Below are positions 40,334 through 53,240 of a stretch of 64,000 nucleotides of DNA, piece after piece. Source of the stretch: the human T2T-CHM13v2.0 reference genome, Homo sapiens. The position numbers and the translations under genes are program-made. The stretch lies in the NCBI RefSeq assembly GCF_009914755.1, contig NC_060938.1, one strand, 5' to 3'. The notes under the pieces were generated by a model. The model was not told the DNA's origin. It saw only the letters and a program-made list of their open reading frames with translations, and did not search any database. Each line of letters begins with the position of its first letter. Position 1 is the first letter of the stretch.

Positions 40334-40681
40334 TGTATTAGTCTGTTTTCACACTGCTGATAAAGATATATCCGAGACGGGGAAGAAAAAGAGGTTTAAT
40401 TGGACTTACAGTTCCAATGGCTGGGAAGGCCTCAGAATCATGGCAGGAGGTGAAAGGTACTTCTTACATGGTGGTGGCAAGAGAAAATGAGGAAGATGCA
40501 AAGCAGAAACACCTGATAAAACCATCAGATCTCACGGACTTATTTACTAACATGAGAACAGTATGGAGGAAACCGCCCATGATTCAAATTATCTTCCATC
40601 AGGTCCCTCCCACAACATGTGGGAATTATGGGAGTACAATTCAAGATGAGATTTGGATGAGGACACAGAGCCAAATCATCA
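40334..40681 (-). mobile_element. THE1 (THE1C-like) solo LTR
   Basis: TGTATTAGTCTGTTTTCACACTGCTGATAAAG...CAGAGCCAAATCATCA; perfect TSD ATGGT. Confidence 0.95.
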
Positions 40682-40685
40682 ATGG

Positions 40686-41058
40686 TGTAGTAGTCACGAG
40701 TACACAGTATACCAATATTCCGAGCTCTTCTCTGAGAACATAATAGGAGTTTTTCTGGTGCCTTGAAGTTAAGTGGACGATGTAACAGGCTTTGGCAAAT
40801 GAAATGTAAGCAATAGTAATGTGTGTCACTCTCCAGCGGAACCTTTATGAGCCAGTGTGCAACTTACCCTGTAATGGCAATAGATGACATTCCAGGTGAC
40901 AGTTGCTCTGTTGACCTGAGTCCCTGAGTGAGGGCAACACAGCCAAGCCCCCAGTTGATTTAATATGCATAAGATGTAAGTCTATGTTGGATTAAGCCAT
41001 CAAGATATTGGAATTATTTATTACTGCAGCATAACCCAGCCTAACCTGACTGACACAA
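40686..41058 (+). mobile_element. Old MLT1 solo LTR
   Basis: GCTTTGGCAAATGAAATGTAAGCA..TGTGTGTCACT...TTACTGCAGCATAACCCAGCCTAACCTGACTGACACA. Confidence 0.75.
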
Positions 41059-44000
41059 ATGCCAACAGCCATCCATGGACCCCAGATCACCAGCTCTGTT
41101 CCCAGCCTATGACATCAACAGAAATGCATATCCCTGAGTCTGCACAGTCCAGCGAGTAAGAGAGACTCTCATGGAAGCCCCTGCCTTATTTCCTGCCCCA
41201 GCCCCATGCTGACCAAGGGGATGGACAAGGGACTGGGAGAGTTCAGATGGAGGAAAGAAAAGACCCTGGGACATGGCCACATGTGGGGCCCTTCCCCTGG
41301 GGCCTTCACACAGACCACAGCAAGGAACTTCTAATAGCAGGTTGTAGTTGGCATACTCTACTAGCCACTTGGCTTGGAAAATAAATCAACAGCTTCTGTT
41401 GCCAGAAAAGCCACAGCTGCCAAACCCTCTTTGAGGTTCGGGGCCCTTACATGCTTGATGCTTCCAGCCATTGGGAACCAATGTGCATTTCCAGAGGGAG
41501 GGTCCACAGGAAGCCACTGGTAAAACCCAGGGCTGTGATTGGCTGACACAAGGCCTCAGATTATCCGGCCAAAGTCCAAGTCTCTGGTCAGACCCTCAGA
41601 CCCATCTTCAGCATGCCGCATTGCCCTCCACTGGTCCCAGCAGCCTTGAACCTGGGCTCAGGTGGGCGAGGCAGAAAGAGGACTCTGGCAGATAAAGCAA
41701 ACTGCTTTGGCTCCACTCGCCTGTGCACTCCCCTCCCTAAGCCTTATTATGATTTTTTAAGTGGGATGACATAGACCATAGAATTGGAAGCTGGCACGTA
41801 TTTCCTGACATCAAGACCTTACAACTCTCCCCAAGTTCCTACCATGACCCTAGCGCAGGGCACAGCTGTTTTCATGCATTGTGCCATTCTATCGTTTAAT
41901 GTCTGGGTGGAGATTTTTATTGTTCCTGTTTCATAAACACTGAAGCTCGGAGAGGCTCACTGTGAGCATGGGGTTAGAAGTAGTAGGATAAGACCCAGAA
42001 CTCCAGAGTATGGGAGCCTCACTGGCACAGGAGGCTGCAGAGAGAAGCCAATGGGCACATGGTGGGGACAGGCCCCTGACCTCACTCTTGCCCTTGACCT
42101 TGATTTTTCTTTTTTTTTTCCAGCAACAAGGGTCACCCCAACACCCAGGCCTCTCACCAGGCCTGCCAAAGGTGTTTGGGCAGCCTCCAAACACCTTGCA
42201 TTCACAGGCAAACCAGAAGCGCAGGCTCCAAGATGGTGGGACCCCAAAGCTGACACACCCAGGCCTGTTAGGGAAGAAACATGAAAATGCATCAAGCGGG
42301 GTGGGAATGGATGTTCATGATTCCACCAAATGTCTGATAGTGGGAACATCACCCACGACAAGTATGTATCAACACCAACAGAGACAAAGGAAGCATTTTG
42401 CGACACTGTGCGCTCAGGCCTGGAGATGTCAGCTTCGGGGGTGGATTATAAAATAGCCCAGCAGCCTTTCCTGGGAGGCTGAGAGGCCCCTGCTGAAAAG
42501 CTGCTCTGAGCACGGGTCTCACTCTCAGCCTCTGCTCAAGCGCTTGCTCCATCTTCCTTTTAACCAATCATTCGTACAGCCCTTCACAAGTCAGCTCATA
42601 TAAATCCCAGTCTACAGATGAAGAAACTGAGGTTCAGGGAGGTGACATGACCTGGCTCACACAATAAGTGGTGAAGCCAGGACTTGGCCCATGTCAGTCT
42701 GGCTGCAAACTCACACTCCTAACCCTGACCATCCTTGACTGTTGCCATGAGGCCTAGGCTCAGAAACAGGCAACGTGCTGGTGCGGGAATCAATTCCGGC
42801 TGGGACAGGCTTGTTCAACTGGGCTCCATGGAGCTGTGGCCTCTGGGCCACATATGTGCTGTGAGACCTTGAGGTAGACATTCACCTTGGTAACCCTTAG
42901 TTCCAACATCAATAAAAGTAGACTTGTGGGCTCCCCTGGGAGAGTCAGGTGGGGCTGTGGTGGTGAGGTTCCCTGCAGCTGGTAGGGAATCCAGGACTTC
43001 AGATTGCCCCTCTGAGACAGGGGCAATGTTAAGCCCTCCACCCACATGAGCTCCTGTTTCTTGTCTTGAGGATGGTGATTCTTATTCTCACCCACACGTC
43101 AGCAAACCCATTCTGAGGTGTCTCCAGGAGAGTAGAGCTACCTTCTAAGGACAAACCATTTTCCAGAAATTGTTATTTGCTCTAAATCCCAGAAACTAAG
43201 GCAGGCACTGCATGACGCGTGCTTATTAAACTCACCACGTGTGATCTCCTCAACTGCCAAAGACAATTCGAAGTGTCACACTCGTACACTCATACCCTAG
43301 GATGTCCAGCAAAATTTAGCATGCCAGCCAGAATGCAGACTTCTGGGAAGAGGAGGCCTGTCCTATTCCCCTCCTTATCCCCAGGGTCTGAGAAAGTCCT
43401 GGCATAGAGTAGGTGCTCAACAATTCTAAAATGAATGAATGAATGGACTAAGAATACTAATAGACATTTGCTTAAAACATTATCATTTACATGGCACATT
43501 TACAGCTATTGTCTTGTTCAATCTTGATTAGAGGTAGTCGACCTCATGCCACTTTGCAGATGAAGAAATGGAAATGGAAGCTGTGGGAGGGAGGAGCAGG
43601 AACTGCTTCACTTTAACGGCAAATCAAATCTCTGCTTATTGGATTCCTTTTCATCCATCGAGGCTTAGATTTCACACCAGCTCCTCCGTGAAGCCTTCCC
43701 AGTCTTCCCTGTAACTGGTATTTTCCTTCTCTGACCTCCCAGATTTCTTTACCCAACATCTATTATTTTTTTTCACACTCTGGCTGCTATTAGGATTGGT
43801 CAAGGACATGCCCATCTCCTCCTTAATGGCTGTGTCTTGTACTTCTCATGTCCCCACACACAATAGGTCCTCAACCAATGCATGCCAACTTAAAGATGTC
43901 CTTGACAAGCTGCTTGTGGCTAACATGTCAGGGCTGGAAAGGACTTTAAAGATCAGCTGTCATCCTCTCATTTAATAGAGGCTTACCTGTGTTACCCAGA

Positions 44001-46339
44001 GAGTTGGCCTGTCTCCTGACTTCTAACTTAAGGCCCTTCCCAATGAGCAGACTCTAACTAACACCAAGACTGACTCTCCCATGCCAACTCCAATGGACTG
44101 GTGATGGTTGCTCCTGGCTCAAGTGAAAAGAGAGTGCCATGATCAATTAGTAATATCTGCCACTGATACAGAAGTGGTATGTGATAGAGGGCTGTCAGCT
44201 GACCCCGGCCCTAGGTCATGCAATAGCTATCAATTAGAATTAATGTTTATTGATGGATTCTGCAACTAGGATGGAATGCGAAAGTGACCCACTCCATATC
44301 CTATTGTTAAATTTCTCTTACCCAGCCTTCTCTCCTTCTCCACCTTTGTCTCTCCAATTAGGTTGGGTGTTCCTCCTTAGCCAAGGATGAGTCTGGTTCA
44401 TTTCTGGACTCTCACTGCCAGCATACGACACAAGGTCCTCGGTGAGTGTTTATGGGGGGAAGGTTAATGTAATTAAACTTGGTTCAACAATGATGGGTCC
44501 ATAAGATGAATGGGTGGACGCGCAAATGGACAACAGAATCTCAGCTGACACCCCCCAAATGTCTGCATCAGCCTCGCTGCATCAGCCTCACTGAGAAGTG
44601 AAGAGGACAGAGCCTGGCCCCTTAGAGTTCCTGGATATGGGACTCTCACCAGCCACTTTATGCATAAGCTCACATTTCAGGGGTGTAGAAAAAGCGTTCC
44701 CATCTTTCCAGCTGCGGGTTGGCACATTAGCAAAATATCCACAAAATATAGGTTTGGGGAAATCATTTTATAAAATGGAATAAACCATTATCCAAAAGAA
44801 AATTGCCCAATCATTAAAGGGATTTTTTTTTAACCATTCAAATACCCACGGTCTTTATTCCCAATCGCCCTGTTCCTGCTGTGTTATAGACGGAGGAAAA
44901 TGTGAATTTATTTGTGTCTTCCAATATGCCTATTCTCTGTATGAGGCATCCATGCCAACTATGTGTGAAGAGATATAAATATTCCAATTCAGTTATAAAA
45001 GGATGTAGATTTGGAATTCTGAACCTCTTGATTTAAATTGTTTCCAAAATCTTTCTCCATGTGGTGATTTGTTCTAGGTATTTAATAAGCAGACAAGTCT
45101 ATAAAAAGACAGAAGGTATATTGTTTTTTATTAAAGATGACCCTGCAGTCTCAATCCCTTTGAAATATATTCTTTTTCTCCCTTTCCTGGAAGATTGGAA
45201 ACCTTTAGGTTTTTATAAGCAAGAAAGGGAAAAATGAAGTGCATAAATTATAAACAAACAAATCCACACAAAATGAAATATTTTTAATGAAGTCTAAGTT
45301 ACAGTTCTAGAAGGTACTAAACATGCCTTTCGCAGCTCCATTCATTCATGCATCTGAGAACCACAGAAAGAGCCTAGTGTCTCCTCCTGGAATACAGACC
45401 CTCGTGTTAGTTGGAAGGGATGCTTATGAGGATCAGAACTGGATGCTGTGGAGATCCCAGCCCAGGCAATTGGTTCAAGCCTCCTTTGGGGAGGTTCATG
45501 CTCCTGTGTTCCCTTCTAGCGTCTTCCATCAGGCATTCATTCCTTATTCCAAATCATATGCAAAGCACCTAATTGGTGCAAGGCAATGGGCTGGGCTGTG
45601 GGGATCCCGAAATAGATGTGATCAATTCTTGCCCTGGAGATACTGACAGCCAACAGCAGATGCCTCCAACTCCACTGAGTAGAATACAAGCACCCAGTGG
45701 CATGTTGGAGTCACCTGTGGGAGCTTTGGGGGTCTGGGGCCCTGGGAAACACACACATACAGTCTTCTTACTCAGAGGCCTTCAAAGATTTTTTTATATG
45801 CCTGATTGTGATTTTTTTAATTTTTTTTTTCATAGATTCAGTGCCTACCATGTGGTAGGCATGGTGTTGGGTGTGCCTCGGCTGTTTGCTCATAGACTCA
45901 GGGGACTAAGGCTCAAAGACATGAGTAAACTCCTCAAGACACAGAACACATACGTGGCTGACCAGGCTCCAGCGCAGCGCTTCAGGCTCCAAACCCAGGG
46001 ATGGTCTCTTTCCCATACCACAGAATGCATGAGAGGATGAATCTTGAGGATCTTTAAATGCCTGCTGACTTCCAGGCTTCAGATGAATAAACACATGTGC
46101 AGAGCGTGTGTCGGAGAGGATGCAGGAACTGGCTAAGCGAGCCGATCACTTTACTTGCAAGATAGGAACCTAGGGTCCAGGGAGGGGAACTGACCTACCC
46201 AGGGCACCCAGCACAGAGCTAAGCCTGGAATCCAGGTCTTCTGTCTCCCAGGACACCATGCACAGCTCCACGCCACCTGTATGTCCTCCCTTCCCACGCC
46301 TCCCTCATCCTCCGCATGACACGTGGATACCAAGTCAAA

Positions 46340-47140
46340 AACCATCCTAATGAAGTTGCTGTAAATATTTTCCACTCAGTTTGCAGGTTAGCAAGATTTT
46401 TTTTCTGCCTCGCAGTTTTAGACAATTTACGCTTCCATTCTCAAAACAGATTTTTATCCTAATAAAGGCTTTTATTACTATTATTCACCTGTCATTACAC
46501 AGCATTAGACAATTACAGAGCGCAGACTGACTCTCCCACCACGAACCTTCCCCTCCGCTCTCAGTGGGGGGAGGGGGTGCACACAAACAGAACATTTCAC
46601 TAAAAAATAGAGAGAAATCTTTAATTTTTAAGCGCTGCCAAGCCTGCTACCTACGCTTTTTAAAACTTTGTTGTGAAAAGTCACTGGCGTGAGCGAGAGG
46701 GAGATAATAAAGAAGTGTGGGCTAGAAACCATCTCCAGCCCCATTTTGATTGCCAGACGATTGACAAAATAATTTGTACCCGTCGATGCTCATGAAGGGA
46801 ATTTTTACAATGGATTTGCCAAGCAGATTTTTAATTTTAATCAGTAATGAAAAAATGACAACATGGATCACAACAAGACATCAGTTGCTGAACGGGCTTT
46901 GCAGTCCCTGTCAGGCAGCCTCTGTCAGGAAGCCGCACCTCCGTGAGCATCAATCACTCGTTTCAAACTCCTGTACATCTTCAGGATTTAATTAGACATT
47001 TAAGTTCTTTACCCGCAATTTGCAAAACTGTCACTTACCAAAAGTGCAAGACGCTAAAAAATATTCCGCGTGAGTCCTGTGGGACTGTTTATCTCCTTCC
47101 TGGGAGAGGATTAGAAGTTAATATTTGGACACACACCCTC
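46340..47140. promoter_or_regulatory. Candidate deeply conserved developmental enhancer (PBX-HOX/MEIS grammar)
   Basis: 800 bp with no recognisable TE; CTGTCA at 46489, 46908, 46922 and 47028; ATCAATCA (TGATTGAT on the minus strand) at 46949; TAATTA at 46989. Confidence 0.55.
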
Positions 47141-47149
47141 CGACCAAAA

Positions 47150-47197
47150 AATATTATATATATTATATATATATATATATATACACACATATATACA
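47150..47197. repeat. (TA)n microsatellite
   Basis: ATATTATATATATTATATATATATATATATATACACACATATATAC. Confidence 0.9.
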
Positions 47198-49249
47198 TCC
47201 TCACTCAGCTACTATGCCTGACCCACAGCTACAGATATTTTCAAAGAGCAAAAAAGTAAAAGATCAATGATTGTGGTGAAAACCAACCCCAAACTCTCCG
47301 TGGAAGGACAAGAGGAAGAGAGTGGGTGAGACGGAGGTTTATTCTTTTTGTCAAGAACTTATTCTAAGACGGTCTTGATCTTACTGACTTGCTGTGGTCT
47401 GGAAAGCAGAACTTTAGAGAAATGTTGACGGACATGACCTTGAGCCAATTGGCTTTGCCTCTCCCAGCCTTCATTTCCTACCAACCTAGAAAATAAGTAA
47501 ATAAGTAACCATCTCTTATTAATGAATTGCAACAATGCATATAAAGTCCCTGCGGAGTACGTCAATACAGGTTAACACCTTGCTTAAGAGGCACTGCCTC
47601 TCCATCAGCAAGCTGCAGAGAATCAGGAAACATCCCACCCATCTGAAGAGGGAGGCGGATGGACACTGGGAATGCCACAGGGACATGAGATCGAGGGACA
47701 GGTCAGCATCTCAGCCTACTGTGGCAGGAACCAGGCTGCTGCCAGCCAGCTCTGCTAGCTGGCCCTGTGACCACCTGTCCCAGAATCGCCAGCCAGCAGC
47801 TGTGACCAAAGGCAACCACGACATATAGTGTATTTTGCTGTCTGGGGCTTTCACCTTCCACCTTCAAAAGCCCCTGAAGCTGTGTTTGCTTTGAAATCGT
47901 TGGGGCTTGGAGCTTTGGGCCTTTTGTTCTGTTTGGTTTTCTGGTCAAGATTGAAGGGACATATTCTTGGTTTAATTTTTCAGGGCTGGGAAAGTGGGTT
48001 GGAGGATGAATCTTCCAAGGTTTGCCTGGACTCTTGGCTCAGTTGCGTCACTCCCAAACCAGAGCAGGAAATAAATAAGGCCTTCTCCTTTAAGAGAACC
48101 TTGGCTTCCCAAGGCACATTATTGAAATGAGTATAAAAGGTGGATTGTGAAAAAGTCATTACTCACAGATAAGAAATGCACTCCAGGCGAAGCTGAGGAG
48201 CACAGACTTATTTTCTAGCTGAAGTTTCTTTCAAGTGATCTTCACTCTCCACCCCTAAAAGTGGTGGGATGGGTATGAAGGGGCTTAGAAAGGTTGTTTT
48301 CACCTTTCATGCAAGTCCAGGATGGTGAATGGCCGAACTGCAAGCCTTAAGCCAATTTACTAGTCAACATGGACAAAATGGACTTTGTAAACCCGCCCCT
48401 ACCAGGATTACCTGTTCCCACAGGGTAAATCCCCACTGCTCTGCTGCAGGAGACAGACAAACGCTGTCTGCTTATCCCATTAGCCTTTCTTCATCTTTGC
48501 ATCCAAATAACCTCCGGGCCTTTCCCGGAAGGACATAACCTGTCCTGTCTGTACTGCAGACTCACAGAGCCCAAAATCCCATGATGCAAGAGTCAGCAGG
48601 AACTGAGGCTTGGCAAGTCTGGGGCTGGGACTCTGAGGCCAGGATTCGGGCGCTAAACCACTGTGTGACACTAGGAAGCCATCGCCCCTCTCCCAGACTC
48701 AGCTCCCCAGCCTGAAACCCAAAGGAGCTGGCTGCGACGACCACTAAAACGCCTTCAACCCACTCTATGAAATCATGACCTTGGGTGAAAAAATGTTAAT
48801 GTAGAGAAAAGCAAAATGAAATAAACACAGGTTTTAGAATCAGCAGACCTAGGTTCAAATCCCAACCCTGCCACAAGTTTCTGCATGCGTTTGCGTGTGT
48901 GTGTGTATGTGTGTGTGTATTTGTATAGCAATCGTTCTGCACCCACTGCACCCATAGGGTCACCTCCTCCAAGAAGACCTCCCTGATGCCTCTTTCCCTA
49001 GGCTGGGGGATAAAGGAGGTAGGGCCTCTAGGGAGTGCTTGACTCACAAGTCCCCGCCCCCACCTGGTTGTTCTGCCAAGGCTCCATCCTGGGCAAGGCT
49101 GGTTCCAGTTTGGGGGCACTTTTCATTTCACATTTCTGGGTGAGCCTTTCCTGGCTCTATGGCCTCTATCACTTTCGCCTCTATCCACCTACGCCTGTGA
49201 CTCCCTTTAGAGGACAGGCCTGGGCTACCTGAGCTACCCTAGCTGCATT

Positions 49250-49555
49250 CAGAGAGCCCAAGCGCCCCCAAGTTTAAGAGCCCTGGTGAGGCCCTGGGGC
49301 CACCAGCTCCTTGCCTAAACTCGGGACAAGCTCTGAGGCACAATTTACAATTTATACCCCCAGAGCTCCCCCAGGAGATCAGGCTGAGACTGGAAGTGTC
49401 CCTGAAATCTCACCCTCTGTGGCTGAGTCCCCTGACCTCTTCTTCACCCCCTACCTCCACCCCTTACTGGTTTCTTCTGGAAGTGCATCCTAATAAACCA
49501 CCCAACACAGGAGTCCTTGTCTCAGGATTTGTCTGGGACAACCAAAGCTAAGACA
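49250..49555 (+). mobile_element. LTR33/LTR16-like ERVL LTR 3' part
   Basis: GGGACAAGCTCTGAGGCACAATTTAC...TAATAAACC...GTCCTTGTCTCAGG...AAGCTAAGACA. Confidence 0.7.
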
Positions 49556-50094
49556 ACCTGATTGCTAATGAAGGGTGCGGCTCATAGTAGGTGCTGCTCA
49601 ATAAGCATTTGTTGAATGAATGAATGGATGGATGAGTGGATGAATGAATGAATGAATATCCCTCAGGCTTAATAAGTGTCCAGTGGAAAAGTGAATCATT
49701 TCATAGAGCTGGAAAGCCAGAAAAGGCCAGGCGAGGTCTTCTAGAAGTCCTCCCTGGAAGACAGGCTCCGTGAGAGTGGAGATTTGTACCTGTTCTTACT
49801 GCATCCACAGTGCCTGGCCCATCGTGAGCTCTCAACAAATAGTTACTGACGGGATGAGTGGATGTGGTTTACCCCTCTGCTGCTCCGGCAAGTTCCGCAT
49901 CCTCCAGCTACACACCTACTCCATTCCAAAAGCCACCCTGGGACCCGGCATTCCCACCTCCCGGTGCTAAACAGAGCCTGGGCATCCTTCCTTCCAGATC
50001 AGAGCCTGCCACCTTCAACCAAGACTACAGCAAGAGGAAGACAGAGAACAGCTATTCCCATCCCAGCAAAAGAGGGTTCATCCTCCGCAGCCTC

Positions 50095-50405
50095 AAAAGA
50101 CGCCCTGGGCGGCCTCACCCCGGGTGACCTCCCTTACCCTGTGGGAACAATGGCTGGGCAGAGCCACTCTAGCCTCTGTGGGCCGGGCGGGCGGGTCGGC
50201 AGGTTCACACGCTTCAGACGTGAGTGTGAGCACCCTGCATAATAGGGCTTTGTCCCGGCTCCTGGGAGCCAGCGTCTGCAGAGCCCTGGCGGCGGAGGGC
50301 GGTGGAGGGCGGCGGCCCACGTACACAACGGCGCCTTCCAGCTCTGGGAGGCTTGCTCCAGAGCCTGGAAACACGCGGGGCTTCCCAGGAGGAGAGGCGG
50401 TCCCA
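50095..50405. promoter_or_regulatory. Small CpG/GC-box-rich patch (orphan CpG-island-like)
   Basis: GGGCCGGGCGGGCGGGTCGGC and GGCGGCGGAGGGCGGTGGAGGGCGGCGG; CpG density far above the flanks. Confidence 0.45.
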
Positions 50406-50821
50406 GGGCCACCTGCCAGTGCCCTCCCTAGGCTTGGGGCTAAAGGAGCACAGGGAATGTCAAATAACAGCCTTAGTCCATGACCATTTGCAAAGAGAGA
50501 TGTGACAAGGACCTCAATGGAGAGGTAGACAATAGCTGTCCACTGAGTGCTTCCTGTATACCAGGTTCTGTGTCTATTCCTTACCTCAGCCTCCACTCTG
50601 GGGGCTGTGCTATCACAACTACTCTACCGACGGGCAGGCTGAGGCTCTGAGCAGTAAAGTAACTTGATCACAGTTGCCAAGACCCCAAGTCTCTGCCTTC
50701 AAGGCCAGTGTTCATTCCCCTTCCCAAGACCCTTGGAGCCCCACTCCCAGCCCCCACCTCCCTAAACAACCACCCACCTCTCACCTCTGCCAGAGCAGAC
50801 ACAGTTTGGATCCCAGCAGTA

Positions 50822-51617
50822 CCCCAGCCCAGCCCAGCCCACCCCACTCCAGACCAGACCAGGCCAGCCCAGACCAGCCTAGTCCAGACCAGACCAGGCC
50901 AGCCCAGACCAGCCTAGTCCAGACCAGACCAGTCCAGCCCAGACCAGCTCAGCCCAGCTCAGCCCAGACCAGACCAGACCAGCTCAGACCCAGCCCAGCT
51001 CAGCCCCAGCCCCAGCCCAGACCCAACCCAACCCAGCCCAGCCCAGCCAAGTCCCAGCTTCAGCCTCAGCCCAGACCAGACCAGATCAGCTCAGCCCCAA
51101 CCCAGCCTCAGCCCCAGACCAGACCAGATCAGACCAGACTTAGCCCAGTCCAGCCCAGCCCAGTCCAGTCTAGCCCAGCCCGAGCTCACCCCAGCCCAGC
51201 CCCAACCCAACCCAACCCAACCCAGCCCAGCCCCAACCCAACCCAACCCAGCCCAGCCTAGCCCTAACCCCAGCTCAGCTCAGCTCGGTTCAGATCACCT
51301 CAGCCCCAACCCAGCCTCAGCCCCAGACCAGACCAGGCCAGATCAGACCAGACCTAGCCCAGCTCAACCCAGCCCAGCTTGGCCCAGCCCAGGCCAGATG
51401 AGACCAGCCCCAGCCCAGCCCAGCCCCAGCCCAACCTCAACCCAACCCAGCCCAGTCCAGCCATAGCCCAGCCCTAGCCCAGCCCAGCCCAGTCCAGTCC
51501 AGTCCAGTCCCAGCTCACCCCAGCCCAGCCCCAACCCTACTTAGCCCAGCCCTAACCCCAGCCCAGCTCAGCTCAGTTCAGCCCAGCCCAGCCCAGTCCA
51601 GCCCCAGCCCAGCCCCA
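50822..51617 (-). repeat. About 800-bp (CTGGG/CTGAG/CTGGT/TTGGG)n pentamer array, switch-like
   Basis: Plus strand reads CCCAG/CTCAG/ACCAG/CCCAA units with extreme C skew and internal higher-order repeats. Confidence 0.95.
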
Positions 51618-52569
51618 CTGTTTTACCCTCCTTCAGCCAGAGTCTTGCAGAGCATGGGAAACTTTCTACAAAACTCTTTTTTCATTGGCCATTCACCTGC
51701 CAGGTGCCCTGTGATACTTTCTCTTCTCCTGAGATGGTGAAGGAAAGGCTCCCAAATCCAGCCTCTCCAAGGCCGAATCCTCTCTCTTCACCAGCCACCA
51801 GCAACGACTCCCAGGGGACGGACGCTCGCTCAGTGGCTCTCCCTGCAGGTATCGCTGATGTCAGTGACTGCCCCAGGCTGATGGGGGACAATAGAACTGG
51901 AGGCTCACCACCAGCCTCTCCTAGAGGCCCAGCCTCTGTGTCCACAGATGCAAGGACAGGCTGAGACTTGCCCAAGGCCATGGACACTGACAGTGGCCCA
52001 GCCCAAGGCAGCCCCATGTTCTCCTGCACCATCTGTGTCAGGCATTTCTTCATACCCATGTGCACTTGGAGGGGCATCCACAATGGAAGTGATATTTTAT
52101 ATAAGTCTGGGGACTAAGAATAGAGATCTTTACCAATAGCAGACTGTAGAAGACATAATGTGATCACTGCAGTACAAGGGTGGTGTGGCAATCTGAGTGT
52201 TAGAAGCAGAAAGACCTGGGCTCAAGTTACAGCTTTACCACTCTCTAGCTGTGTGACCTAGGGTGAGTTCCTTAACCTCTCTGAGCCTCTGCTGTGTCAT
52301 CTTTATTTTGGGCAGAGTATCATGCCCACCTTGTAAGTAATTCTGTTGTGAGAATTATATGAGGGAGTGTCCCTGACACATGACAAACATTCAGTGAAGG
52401 TTTTCTATTAATATTACTACTGACCACTTTCCTCCTCCTCATGGTTCAAGGTCCCATCTGCCACTTATTGGCTGGGGACTTACACAAGTTGGTTAAGCTC
52501 TCTGAGCCTCAGTTTCTTCATCTACAGAACGAGAGTAAAAGCTCCATGCTATGGAAGTATACGAGAACT

Positions 52570-52918
<349 letters not shown>

Positions 52919-53084
52919 TTAGTTTGGAAGCAAACCATACTATCCGCTTCCGATATGTTTGCTTACTTCTTTCATTCAGCAGATCAGCGTGACATTTTCA
53001 GTCCTCTAAGATAAAAAATAATGCCAATAATTAATGGCCCCCACTGACTGTGTGCTGTGTCTGCTCCCAGATGCAGCAATGGCA

Positions 53085-53240
53085 CGTCTCAGGAGCTCCT
53101 GACTCAGGGTTCAGTGACATCCTTTGGTGGCTTGAAATTGGCCATGGTGGAAGTATTTACACCAAAGAAATTGGCAAACACTACAAACCAGAATTTTTTT
53201 CAGATAGCTGGTTGTTACATGCTTGCCAGCCCACCATTGC
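53085..53240. mobile_element. MER63-like DNA transposon fragment
   Basis: GGCTTGAAATTGGCCATGGTGGAAGTATTTACACCAAAGAAATTGGCAAACACTACAAACCAG. Confidence 0.7.

Noticed and set aside
50674-51261. 195-aa Pro/Gln/Ser-rich ORF
   Set aside because: It is a translation of the pentamer repeat, which lacks stops by composition, and it starts at TTG rather than ATG.
50822-51617. Genuine immunoglobulin heavy-chain locus
   Set aside because: No constant-region exons, J segments or RSS are seen nearby, and the array is much shorter than true S regions.
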